Assembly (NCBI RefSeq): GCF_000315625.1
Contig: NW_005434591.1
Location: 183,895 to 247,894 of the forward strand
Direction: 5' to 3'
Source: Guillardia theta CCMP2712
Lineage: Eukaryota; Protista; Cryptophyta
DNA length: 64,000 bases
This document shows, in pieces, positions 1-11,926 of the stretch (positions within the stretch are counted from its first letter, which is position 1; every line of letters starts with the position of its first letter). A program made the translations under genes and the position numbers. The notes beneath the pieces were generated by a model. That model saw only the letters and a list, made by a program, of their open reading frames with translations. It searched no databases and was not told the DNA's origin.

Positions 1-1578
1 GTACAGCACTACTGACTGCAGCCCTCCGATGCCCTGGCCGAACCACGACTTGACGTCCTGTATCAGCAGGGGCGCCGCGACGAAGTAGGGGACGTTCTTG
101 GCTTGAAGGATTTCCTTTGCTATCTCCGCCTGCCTCGCCCCCTCCATCGACCCTGCCGGCCCGCCGACGAGCGGGAAGCCGATGGTGGAAATAACAGCAT
201 CGACATTAACCGCATCGGGGGACAGGGTTGGGTTCACCGGGATCGTGCCGGCCCGGAGCTGCTCTTGCTCGTGCGGGGAGGTCAAGAAGTCCCGAACTGC
301 TATGTGCCCGTCCACCCCGGTGATGAACAAGGGGAGGGGGAGGATTTCCTTAGTCTCCATGTGAGTAACAAGCTCATCGATGTAGGGAAGAGCCGAAATA
401 ACATGCTTCCGATACAGCAGGATTCCTGCTACTGGCCAGGACTCCCTGCCAGGGAACTTAGCCCGGTACCAGTCAAGATACTCCCTGGGCGTCTTGAAGT
501 AATACCCCGGTCTTGCAGGATGCACCAGCCCCCTCTGCGGAGCTTCAATGACCTCGGCAGCCGGGCTGCCCGGCTGACTTCTTTCCTCCTCGCCCTGGAA
601 TCTGAAGAGCGACTGGATGAACAGGAGGAACTTCGACCAGAGGTCCTTCTCCACCTCCCCCTCCCCCTCCTGCTGCGCTGGGGACAGCCCTCCAAACTCA
701 GATGCGAGGGAGCAAAACATGTTGGCAACATTGTCAACCCCTCCAGCGTTCCAGTACGAATAAGTCTGCAGCCACCTCCTCAGATCTTTGGCCTTCTCTC
801 CGGGAATGAACTTGAGCAGAGCCGGCCCGGACTTCAAGAACTTGGTGTAGCCGTCCAGCCTGTCCTCCTCCCTGGTGCTGCTGAACTTTGACAGCAGCGA
901 CTTCACCGCAGGAGGCATCCCCTGTTTCTTGCCCGGCTGGGAGGCCATGCTGAACGAGCCGACTTTCGTCGATGACATGAGCTCGAGCGAGCTCTCGAAG
1001 ACGAACCTCACGGGCACGCGGAGGATCCTTTCTCTCAACCAGTTCACTTGCTCGAAGTCGAAGATCAGGCTCGCAAACACAACATTCGCTTCATCGACCG
1101 CTTGTTCAACGAGCGGCTGCTGTGACTGAAGGTCCTGGTCTGTGAAAACCCAGATCTCAAGTCCAGGGCATCGCGCCACCGCCTTCTCCGCGGCCATGCG
1201 GTACAGCTGCCTGTTGAAAGTCTCGAACCCTGCTATCAAGACCACCCGAAACTTCTCCTCCCCAGCATACGTCGGGTCCCAAAATTTCCTCTTTGGCCCC
1301 GTTTCCGAAGATGCCCCTTTGTGTGTGGGAGCTTCAGCAATCTCTTGAAGCTGAGAGCGTTCACACATCTTGAGTGGTCCTCTGTGCTTAGCCATGTTGG
1401 TTCGCAGTGTGAGACTCGTCCTCATGTCGGAACCCCTGGCAAACGGTGCAGACCTCAAACTTGCAGGGAAAGACCAAGAGTAAGCATTCTGCGACAACAA
1501 AGTGACCGCAGCTAGAATGATCCATCCCCCCCGAGCGACTGAGGTCCATCGCTGCCCTCCTCCATAGCGATCTACCAT
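1..1578 (-). CDS. chlH: Magnesium chelatase subunit H (ChlH2/BchH-like type), 5' part; runs off the left edge; bipartite plastid presequence
   Basis: An open minus frame from ATG 1578 to base 1, missing from the ORF track because it has no stop. It reads MVDRYGGGQRWTSVARGGWIILAAVTLLSQNAYSWSFP...FRVVLIAGFETFNRQLY...VFASLIFDFEQV...YSYWNAGG...STIGFPLVGGPAGSMEG...KNVPYFVAAPLLIQD...GIGGLQSVVLY. These are ChlH/CobN-family motifs. Confidence 0.95.
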   Translation of the reverse strand, partial: MVDRYGGGQRWTSVARGGWIILAAVTLLSQNAYSWSFPASLRSAPFARGSDMRTSLTLRTNMAKHRGPLKMCERSQLQEIAEAPTHKGASSETGPKRKFWDPTYAGEEKFRVVLIAGFETFNRQLYRMAAEKAVARCPGLEIWVFTDQDLQSQQPLVEQAVDEANVVFASLIFDFEQVNWLRERILRVPVRFVFESSLELMSSTKVGSFSMASQPGKKQGMPPAVKSLLSKFSSTREEDRLDGYTKFLKSGPALLKFIPGEKAKDLRRWLQTYSYWNAGGVDNVANMFCSLASEFGGLSPAQQEGEGEVEKDLWSKFLLFIQSLFRFQGEEERSQPGSPAAEVIEAPQRGLVHPARPGYYFKTPREYLDWYRAKFPGRESWPVAGILLYRKHVISALPYIDELVTHMETKEILPLPLFITGVDGHIAVRDFLTSPHEQEQLRAGTIPVNPTLSPDAVNVDAVISTIGFPLVGGPAGSMEGARQAEIAKEILQAKNVPYFVAAPLLIQDVKSWFGQGIGGLQSVVLY

Positions 1579-2321
1579 CTTTTCCCTGCATGAAATTGGT
1601 TCAATCAAAAATACATGCAGCTCGGGCAGGGATCCAGAAAACAGGGCAAGGACAAAGTACTGCATCCATCAGGTTTCTCTCGATGAAAGGTTGGAGGGAG
1701 AAGCAATCAACAAACAAAAACAGGAACATGTGAAGTTTGGTGTCAATCAAGTAATGTCATTTGTGGGAGAACAAAACTGGTGTCGCAGGAGCCTACACGA
1801 AGTTTATAGGAACAACCCGAGTCATGCGCAGGAAAGGTAAAGAGACAAGAGATGCACAAAAGGAAAGACTGAAAGAATGTCTGATATGGAGGAGGGAGGA
1901 GGGGGAGGGGGGGAGGGGGGGAGGGAGCAAGGGAGCAAGGGAGCAAGGAGCGAGCAAGTTAGTGTCTTCTGAGCATTGTTCGTTTAGGCGTATAAAGCGG
2001 GGGCCCCACCCCATCTCGGGTGCCATGGGATCACGGATTACAGGGTAGGGTACTCACTCTACCCTGAGTAAATCCCTGTAAAAGGGGGTAGAGACACGTA
2101 CTACCCACCTCCCCGAGAGAAATTGTTACTAGAAAAGGGGGTGGGGGTGTTTCTGACACCACCCCAATTGTCTAGAGCAAGAGATTTCTGCCAGGCAGGG
2201 GTGGTCCTTTCAGTCCCTGGGGCGGGCCCGGATAACTACGAAGTTGTATGAGGGCGATGAGTTTAGGATATTTTTTTTGGATCGTCCCGCCAATTCAAGT
2301 TTGTGGCTTCGCAAATTCAGC

Positions 2322-5300
2322 ATGTGCGATACGGAAGGCGATGGCCAGCAATGGGCTGAGCAAGACCAAGGAGAAAGCATGGATGAAGGAGGAAAAACCG
2401 AACATGAAAGAGAATCCGAAGATGTGGATCAAATTCACATGTGCTTGTTCTTCGTTTCTTCCGTCCTTGGAGCAGCAGTGTTTGACGAAGCTCGTGGGGA
2501 ACTCAGCTTATTGCAAACGTTGGAGACAGAAGAATTTGAGTCGACCATAATCATGCTTGAGCAATGGAGACCATCGTCTGTTGTGATTTGTTCCAAGTTA
2601 TCGTCCGGATTGGAGGATGTGGTAAAATCATCTTGTTCAGGATGGTCATGCAACATAAAGATCGCTCCGCAAAGGTACGTCTTAAGGAAAAGTTGGTAAG
2701 GAACCAATGAACTCATCATGACAGGGATTTCAAATATGAATACGGAAAATCAAGACTTATTGCCCTATCTCTTGATGTCTACAAGTACTGTGTCTCCGAT
2801 AATGATAGGGAGTCGTGCTTGCGTACTGTTGTCGATCTCGATGCAGTGCAAGCTGTGTCATGTGCTGGTGCGCTGCTGATTCACTTGCATAACCACAAAG
2901 CGGTGGATGAATTGTGTTCAACTTGGCTAGCCCCTGTCTACTCTGCAAAAATGATGCAGCTCAAAGATTATCTACACGTTGACAAAGAGACCATGCATTC
3001 GCTGCAAATTCTTTGCAACGACATCCATCCTTCAATCATGATAAACGGCAGGGCCAAGGAAGGTTTATCACTATTGAACCTGATGGATAATACTAGATCA
3101 ATACTAGGAAGAAAATTACTTCGAACATGGATTCTGAGGCCGATTTTGAAGCAACAGGAGATCACAGGAAGGCAAAGTTCGCTCCGATTTTTTACTGGCC
3201 AGGAAAATCAAGAGCTGCTGATGGCTTTACAAGACCAGCTCAGATTTGTGAAGGATGTTCCAAGGTGAGAAAACTTCAATTTGCTAAGATAGATATGATT
3301 ATTTGAATGTCAGAATATTGATCCGAATGAGGAATTCTTCCGCCAGCTTGAGTGATTGGATAAATTTGACCACTTCCCTCAAAAGCCTGTCAACAATTCA
3401 CGAGATTTGCAGAAACGCTTTGAAATCATCAAAGCAGATGACATCTCCTATCATGGATCAAGTGCGTTAACATTGTGGTCGTTCGTCGAAGACATCGATC
3501 CTGATAAGTGCTATGAAAATGCAGATCCAAGCTCAATTCTGCACAGCACTTCCGAACATTCATGCCTTGATTTCAGAAGTGCGCATTCACGATTCTACGT
3601 TTTCTTCAACAGCATGATTCATAGCACCAGGTGATTGATTTCGAAGACAGTAGAGCTCGAAAGCGAATCTCAGTTGCAAGCGGAGTGGACGAGGAGCTCG
3701 ATCAGGACAAGCGCAACTACGACTCACTTGGACAATTCCTTGAAGACATTGCGCAGCAGGAGGTTTGAAACACAAATCATTTATGAAGTACTGTGAATTA
3801 ATCATTTGCAGGTTGACGATCTTCCTGATTCAATGGAAGGGTTGAAAATATCTGTCGTTTTCTTTCCTCAACTAGGCTACTTGGTAGATTTTTCCCCTAT
3901 TCTGGATCATGAAACCCCCTCAATGTGCTCTCAGGTTGCATCTCCAAACATTGCAAATGTTACAATTCCGGGGATGGAAATGCATTTTCAGACTGAAGAA
4001 TACGTCTACTGGAAATCTCAAAGAATGCGAGAGCTTGATGAAAATGTTGGTGATATTTGGGGGAAAATTTGTGACAGAGAGTTCGCCATAATTAATCGAG
4101 TATTCCCTGAATTTGCCCTTTTGTCACTCAGCTGAAAGTTGACATATACAGGTCCGAGAAAAATTACTGGAATTTGATGATGAGCTTGTTGATACATGTA
4201 AAGTTGCGGCAGCGCTTGACTGCATACTTGGATTTGCAATGATTGCTGTCGAGAGGAATTACTGCGAACCACGCATTGTACAAGAACCAGTGATCTACAT
4301 AGAAGATGGCAGGCATCCTTTGTGTGAACTTTGCACGGATGTTTTCATTCCAAACAACTCTATAATTCATGAGAATCAATTGGGATCACGCATACAAATG
4401 ATAAGTGGGCCAAACTACAGCGGAAAAAGTATATATTTAAAGCAGGTCGCATTGATATCTTTTATGGCACATATTGGCTGTTGGGTTCCAGCTAAATCAT
4501 GTCAGGCAAGTCTTTGAACAATTTTCAGTCCTGATCTGCAAATGACTTTCAACACATACGGCATTGACTCGTCTTGTGCGGTAGATTGGCCTCATTGATA
4601 GGATATTCTCACGAATACAAACCCGAGAGACCTGTGCTGTGGCAAGGTCTACATTTGCAATAGACTTGTCACAGGTATGAACAAAGTTTTGCATGGTGCT
4701 GCAAACGCTGCTTGACATCACTTTGAAAGATTGCTGTCATGATCAGATGCAGTACAACTCGGTCGCTCCTCCTTATAGATGAGTTTGGTAAGGGTACGAA
4801 TGCAACAGATGGAGTCGCAATTTTGGCTGCAACTATAAAGCAGCTTGATAGTCGCAAAGAACTTTGCCCGCGAACGGTAACAAATGAAAACAATTCAAAG
4901 ATTGCATGCCAGATTTACAATGTTGTGACTTTCATGGGCAGATAGTCACCACACACTTCAATGAAATGTTTGGGGATAAGGGAGTCCTTTCGTCATGCTC
5001 ACAAATATCCTACTGTACGATGGAGGTAATTCAAGTACTGAGCTTTCTTCTCCTTCACATATGAATACTCAGTGCATGCGTGAAGAAGTCATGAATGGAG
5101 ACAATCAGGATCTTACACAGATTCCCAAACTCGTTTTCTTATATAAATTGGTCCAGGTTGTTGTCACCTGCTTGATTTGAAACGTTTGAAATTTGGTTTC
5201 CAATCCAGGGATTGAGCATGGATAGTAATGGGTATCATTGCGCAATTCAAGCAGGAATTCCAGAGCTTATAGTTCAACGAGCAAAAGTGATTGCATCGAA

Positions 5301-5439
5301 GCTTTCAAACAACGAACCAATAGAAAGATTCAAAGAAGACAACTTTCGACAACGTGCTGTTTTCATTGTAAACCTTTTCAGCAAATTCGATGTGGACGCA
5401 GGAAATATCCAGAGCTTTCTTGAAGATATAGGATGCTGA
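2322..5439 (+). CDS. MSH5: MutS homolog 5 (meiotic crossover protein), multi-exon
   Basis: Exons encode KEGLSLLNLMDNTRSILGRKLLRTW, GRHPLCE, ISGPNYSGKSIYLKQVALISFMAHIGCWVP, GLIDRIFSRIQTRE..STFAIDL, SLLLIDEFGKGT and SNGYHCAIQAGIP. GPNxSGKS(I/V)YLKQV and the lack of a mismatch-binding N-terminus fit MSH5. Confidence 0.88.
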
Positions 5440-5534
5440 ACGATTTCAGAGGGATCAAGCGAATCAGAATGATTCGTGCTAAGGACCAAGATTGAATTTG
5501 TTTACTATGAAAATCATGGCCACAGCCAGCACCT

Positions 5535-8500
5535 TCATTCAAGCTCACTCATGAAGAGAATTTCCGGATGTTGATATATCAGGTTCCATCCTCCAGTTGT
5601 AAATGCAGAAGAAACATAGCTGCAAAAAGGAACCTGGAGATTCAACGATATTAGAGCAGTGAACGGGCCAGCATTAGCATACCGAATAAACATCTTCTTT
5701 CGAAATCATCAATGCAGAAGATGTGAACTGAGCAACAGCGTCGCCTGATACCAGATCAGAGAAACATCAAAACTTAAATATCAATGGTGGTACCATGAGT
5801 GACTGCCAGCACATTCTTGCCGTGGAAGCGATGGAGAAGCCGCTCGAATGTCGTCTGGTACCGCATGCAGGATTGTTCTTGGGTTTCAGGGTATGTTGGA
5901 AACATTCTCGCATCAGCATCAGAATCCTGGTCGACGTCACGTATTCGCACTGAATACTGCGAGTCCAAATTTTTAAATTCCTGAGGGCACAGTCATTGGA
6001 ATGACTTCGCCGATCATCCTTGCCCATCACCTTTATCTTGATTGCCTCCGGCTTCGTATCCTTCATGTTTCTCGTTGACAGCCATTCTGACAGGCCGTAG
6101 TCAACGAATATCTCAAGGTTTGCATTCTTGTATCTATCCGAGCTCTCCAGGCCTTGAAGCATGCTAATCGCAGTCTTTTATTCAAGGTCAGCACCAGGCC
6201 CATTGAAACGTTGGCAGAAGGTCAAGAATTTTTCACCTCAACACAGCGCAGGAACGGAGACACAGCAATCACATGAATCTCGGGCAAGTTCACGGCCATT
6301 TCTGCGCCTGTCTTGTATGCATCTTCTTTGCCCTTGCTTTAGAGAGGCAATCATGTCAGAAAGGCGCTGAAGTTGATCAGATCCCGCCTGACCTCGTCAA
6401 TGGCGGATCGTAAGGTCTTTCTCCTGTCCAGGATTCGTCGACAGTGTCCAATCTTTCTCCATGCCTAGCGACGATGAGCACTTGATCAAACGTCGTCTTG
6501 AGGCCTGTGCGTCACAAGCATTCAAAAATTGACAAGCACAACAAGGGTTGAGCTTTTCTCACTCGGTCTCTGTCCATCCATGGCGCTCGAGATGCTTTCT
6601 TCGTTGATGTGCTTCATGAGGATGTTGTATCTTGCTTGAACGTCGCTAATCACTGATTGCGAAGATTGTTCGACCTCATCTCTCTTGCTCCTCTCATTCC
6701 GACTGATACTATCGAAGCAGCTGTAGATCAGATCCTCGAGCAGGATATTCGCCTCTGTCAGCTCCGACAACGAGCTCTTGTGGGCTTGACTATCCAGATG
6801 TCCAGTGTCTACCATCTTGATCACTTCTTCCACTCGCTCAGGAAAAGCCTCCTCCTGCTTCGTCTTCTCCACGAGGTCCGCCTCGAACGCCATGAGCTTT
6901 GTATAGAGTTTCTGCTGCCTTTCGCTCAAGATTTCCCTTAAACTTGCCATCTCTGTCTCATAGTCGTTGCTGCGATGAGCTCCACTTGCCAGACGCTGTT
7001 CCTTCTCCAGCAACAACCCCTCCAACTCCTTCACCCGACTACACCAGTGCTCGCACGCGTTCTTCTCTGACTGCAGCTGCGGCCGAGTCAAAACATCTTG
7101 CACGTGGAATGTTGAGCAGAAAGATGAGAAACCTTACCTGATTCTGCAGTTGATGAACTCGTTTGTTCTCCTCCTGCAGCTGACACTTGACAAGAGCATG
7201 CTGGACAAACATACTTTCACTTCCACGTGCTCATGATTCAAGATGTCCACTTACCTGCTTCTGCATGTTGACTATCTGCTCGCGCAAAACCATGGTGTCA
7301 TCCGAAAAGTTGTTCTCCTTCTGCATCAAAGCAAGGTCAACTCGGCTTCCTCCCATGCTGCCGTCAGACCTCGAAGGAGTTTGAGAGATCTCTGCTGATC
7401 GACAGCTTGTTCGAGGGCTGCAACACCAGCGAGAACACTTTCCCGATGACCGACGCGACACTATCTTCCAGAGTCTCGGCAGAATTCCTACGTGGACGGG
7501 TCAGGTGAAACACAAGAAGAACAGAAAAATGAGAAAGAGACGAGGAGGAGGAAGTGGAGGAGAGGAAATAGAAGTAAGCAAAAGAAATGTGTCAGGGAAT
7601 ACCCGCATGGGCACTCAAAGTTGTCAGAGTCATCAATCATGTCCAGCACAGCCGATATCCCTTTCTGCAGATCCTCGTATCAAACGATCTCGACACTTTC
7701 TTGCTCTATTCCTTCATCTCGGAGATCAAGGAGTGCAGAAAGGCAGGTACCTGAAGCGAAGGCAAGACAGAGGCCGAACTCACTTTTTCTGTCTTCAAGA
7801 AAGTGATAACCCGTTGACTCAAACTCTACCAAGACCGTTCAGAGGAGTAGCGAGAAACGACAAAAACACCTTTAGCTGCTGGACTCTGGAAGAGTAGATG
7901 ACGTTCTCGACGCACTTGAGCCCTGGGCCCTTCTTGTCCGGCCTCTCAAGATTTCTCAGCCCGAGCTTGACTTTGAAGCGACTAGTCGAGACTGCGTCCT
8001 TCACTTCCTGGGCCGTCATCCCTGCCATCTGCAACAAAGTCAGGGCTGCATCAGGAAAGTCATGCGAGCCGGTTCACGTTTCTCCCGTTCACGGACTCGA
8101 GGTAGAAGGTGTCTGTCCCGCTGCTAGAGGGCGCTGCATAGCGATTGAGAGCGATCTTCGGCAGATCCTTACTCTGAGGGTTCTTGGAAGCTGTGACGCT
8201 GAACCCGTAACTCTCCTTGTTACCGTCAGCTGCAAGCAGCAAGAAGAGCTGCGAGACGAGCTGCTGGAGGAAGCCTGTTTCGTCTCGAGCTTCGTCGAGC
8301 TCTTGCCGATCCTTCTGCAAGGCGCTGCCGAGTGGCGTGTGAGTCCTTCTCGAAGTAGTCGGACCCGGCTTCCTGGTGGAGAAGGGCGTTCGGGCCGAGG
8401 TAGGGACCGACCCATCTCCACCATCTGCACGTTGGGATGGACTTGCATCATGGTGAGCAGCAGAGGCACGAGACTCCTTGGAAGAACTGCTTCCTTCCTG

Positions 8501-8599
8501 CTGCACGAGCTCCTTCCCTTGCTTTGACCTGGAAGTGTAGACGTGAAGGATCGCAACGAGCAGGAAGCCCATGGCCATGATAAGGATCATGCTCGGCAT
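5535..8599 (-). CDS. TM + PDZ-like + coiled-coil protein with a C-terminal histidine phosphatase (PGM/STS-like) domain, multi-exon
   Basis: Spliced exons give QVLIVARHGERLDTVDESWTGERPYDPPLT, SPFLRCVE, DYGLSEWL and VLAVTHG. The coiled-coil exon (6522-7103) splices in frame onto the RHGE exon. The upstream hydrophobic N-terminus and YGFSV...ESVNGRN|MAGMTAQEVKDAV are linked only tentatively. Confidence 0.65.
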
Positions 8600-9905
8600 G
8601 TTGACTGAGGACGTAGATGCCCAGCGAGTCAGGCTTCAGCTTCAAATCTTCATCACACCAATCCTGGTTGGTAAAGATTCAGCTTCATATTCATCTCACA
8701 GCATCGTGGGCTAGTGTTTTCTCGACTCATTTTTCAAACATCACCCCTCATTCCACCTCCTTTCCTTGTCTTTCGGCCATGAGATTCCTGGCTTCATTTA
8801 CGACCTCCACATACTACATACCTTGTCACAGTTGCTTGCCTACCTTCCCCTATCTCCCTTCCCTTCCCCACCCTTCCCCACCCTTCCCCTCCCTTCCCTT
8901 CCCTCTGCATCGTTGCACGATTTTCAACACTGGGAGGATCCGTTGTCCCGGATACTCCCGGATACTCCTGCATATAACTCAGTACACCGGTCACCGTGCC
9001 ACCGTTGGGCCCGGCCGGCCGGATCACTACTAGTACTTTGAGTAAAGTGAAGTACGGTAGTACGGTGCCGTAGTACATTTGCCTTGAGTCTTCTCAGTCT
9101 CGCCGTACGGCCATGTGGCGCTGAGCCGCTGAGCCGCCTCTCAGCAGTGTTCGCGGCGAGTCCTGCCATGATTGTTTGAGTCCAGGCCTCACAGGCTCAG
9201 TAATGCCACTGAGTAGTACCGTAGTACGGTACGGTAGTATCGTCTGAGTCGCCACCGGGCGTGAACTTGACTCTGAGGCCAGGGCCCGAGGGACGCTTGG
9301 CCCCGCCAGGCGGCCGCGCTCAGGCAGTGCGCCGGGCGCTCAGGCTGCCAGCGCCCCCGGGCCCAGGGCCGATATGATCGGATCCGGCGGTGAAGTGATG
9401 GAACGTATGCCAGCCGTGCCAGTCAGATAGCGCCGAGTTAACAAAACTCTCCTGTAAACCAAGACGACTTACGTGGCAGGCGGCCAATGTAGCGTATGGG
9501 ACGAAGAGGGGGTCTTTCCTAGCCGTCTTGCTAAGGTCCTCTCATGTCTGGATGCTTGGGTTTCACATCCTAGCATACAGTCTATCTCTCATGTGCTCCT
9601 CAATTCTGGTTTTGTGTGCATTAAACTCGGTCTTGAGCAAAAACTGTCTTGTTACAACTAAGGTCGATGTGATATCTGCGTGACTTTGGACTAGTACAAG
9701 TCTAACAAACTTGTATTCCGTCGGTTATGAGCCTCGTATTCCGTCATGAAGGTACCGTGACTACTGCACGGTCCGATCATTCCCGCACTCAGTGCGGCAC
9801 TGCCGCAGTGCGGCGGTCGGGCCCGGCCCGCCAGATCCGCCGGAGGTAGGAAACAGATCGAAAGATCAGGCCAGGAGGTAAGAGGAGACGTGGAGGGTAG
9901 CGAGA

Positions 9906-11846
9906 ATGCAGAAGAAGGAGGAGAAGATCAGGAACAACCTGAGGCACATCCTCCCCTCCAACATGCTCAGGTACCTCCCACAGGCTGTGCTTCTTCGTTG
10001 CCCTGCAGCTCCTCCTACTTCCTCGCTCTCTTCCCCTCCCTGAGTCCATTGTTCGCATCCTCAACATTCTCCCTCTTGTTTCCACACTTCTCCCTCCCCC
10101 CTTCTCCTCCTCCCTCCCTTGTCTTACATGGTCTCTCCCCGACCTGTTCCATGCTCTCATTCTTTGCCTTTCTTTCCCTCCCACCCTACGTTCTCACACT
10201 CATGCAGGAACTCACGTCGCCGAGAAAATCCTGAAGACGATTCCGCGCAAGAGCTTGCGAATGATTGCGGAGTGAAGATGATATGGTAAGGGCGATACTT
10301 GCTCTCCGCTGCGGCATGACCCTGATACATCAAGGTGTGGGGGAAGGGATGCAGTAACGGAGGTAAGTTGGTTGTGTTGTACGTACGAACCTTACCATCG
10401 GCTATCCTAGGTTCACGTAGCCAACATGTGCCAAGAGACTGTCGATTGGGCGTCCTGCGATGGATTTTGGCAACTTTATCTCACTCCTGGTTTGTAACAG
10501 ACACGTATGAAGCATGTCTGACCTCCATGCTCTGACAGGGACATTTCACATTGAAATCACAATGAGAAGCGGGAGGCCTGTATGGTCCGGAGAAGGTCAG
10601 TGTCGATGAGATGTAGTTCGTCGTGACAGATGCTTGTCCTCTCCTCTCAACATTTCATGCTCGAATGAGATCCTGCCTGGCAGTCTCGATCAAGGAGGAG
10701 GAATGGAGGACACTCGAGATAGGGCACCTCTTCGGTAAGACAAGAATGTTACAGTCCTTGTTGCAGTGACTTTCTCTCATGCCAGCCTCCTGCGAGCAGC
10801 ATGCTGAGAAACGTAGTCAATTCTCCTTCCCCAACGGACGGTCAGCATGTTCGTTCCTCTGCTGCTACGCAACCATAGCTCTCCACGAAGTCCTTGGGCT
10901 GGGCTCCGATATTGCGAGGACGGAGGTCTCGGGTGAAGATGTGATGAGGGTGGTGGACGAAGGGATGTCTCTCTTCGAGGACCGGGACGTCAGGTAGTCC
11001 CTCAAGAGCTTCACGGGCCTCACTGACTTGCCCTCCAGCGCCCTGCTGCGGGACTTGGGGATGGAGCACATGAGCGTGGAGGAAGCGATCGAGTTGTGCG
11101 GGCATGCTTGGAGCGACAAGGGAGCGCTGAGGATCAAGGAGACGTTCTGGGGATCGCTGAGTGATCCTTCTTCCATCATGCATCTGATCCAGGAAGCCTC
11201 GTCCTCGGAAGCGCGTCCTCCTGGCTCGGGGGGGAGCAGGAATCACGGGATAAAGTTTCTGTGCATGACGAAGCCGCCAGAGACTGTCTTGATGCTTGTC
11301 GCTCCTTCCCTGGACCTCTACAGCGTTCTCGACACTCACACCCGGACGATCGGCACCTCCCAGTATCCTGCGAGCATTTATCGTTGCCGCAATCTAGAGG
11401 TGAAGAATACTTTCATCTGTGCTCTTTGCTCATCTTCCTCCTCCCCAGGACCTTGCTCTGCTGCTCTGGACCAACTTCTTCCCGCTCCCTCCAGGTCAGC
11501 CTCAGTGCTCCCATCTCCCCTCCTCCTCATTCTGCTTCCGCTGGCAGGGATCGACATCGAGGAGCTCGGAGCGTACGCCATGTTCGAGCTCGTCTTACTC
11601 GAGTTCATCCCCTCCTCTCCCGCCGCAGCGCATCTTTCCTCACGCGCCGCTCACGCAGAAGTCATGGAGACCGAGGAAGATGCAGCAGCGCAGGACGGGG
11701 GAGCAGTGGAGGCTGCAGGGGGTTCCGAGGGAAGGAGGGAGGACGGGGTACCAGGTACGCAAAAGTCTCGGAGGAGGACAGCGCGTGCAAGGGAGCAGGA
11801 GGAGGAAGGGGAGGAGGGAGAAGATAGGATAGTGGTGCTTGAGTAA
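9906..11846 (+). CDS. Putative cysteine protease/deubiquitinase of the viral-tegument-like (VTD, peptidase C76-related) type, multi-exon; 5' exons uncertain
   Basis: Spliced product ...RSQFSFPNGRSACSFLC...VMRVVDEGMSLF...EHMSVEEA...LYSVLDTHTR... shows the Q-x9-C and D-x-H pattern. A 45-nt intron (10994-11038) joins the two halves in frame. Confidence 0.6.
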
Positions 11847-11926
11847 TGACAACAAACTTCTTTCGGACTGAGGTGAGAACGCAACCCGTCGACCTCCCAC
11901 GCACATCGCCCTCGGAGTCATCGGGT

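Noticed and set aside
103-1515. Plus-strand ORFs in the track
   Set aside because: These are antisense shadows of the chlH reading frame.
2041-2066. Hairpin CAGGGTAG...CTACCCTG as a terminator or ncRNA
   Set aside because: An 8-bp stem in G/C-tract sequence is expected by chance and has no supporting features.
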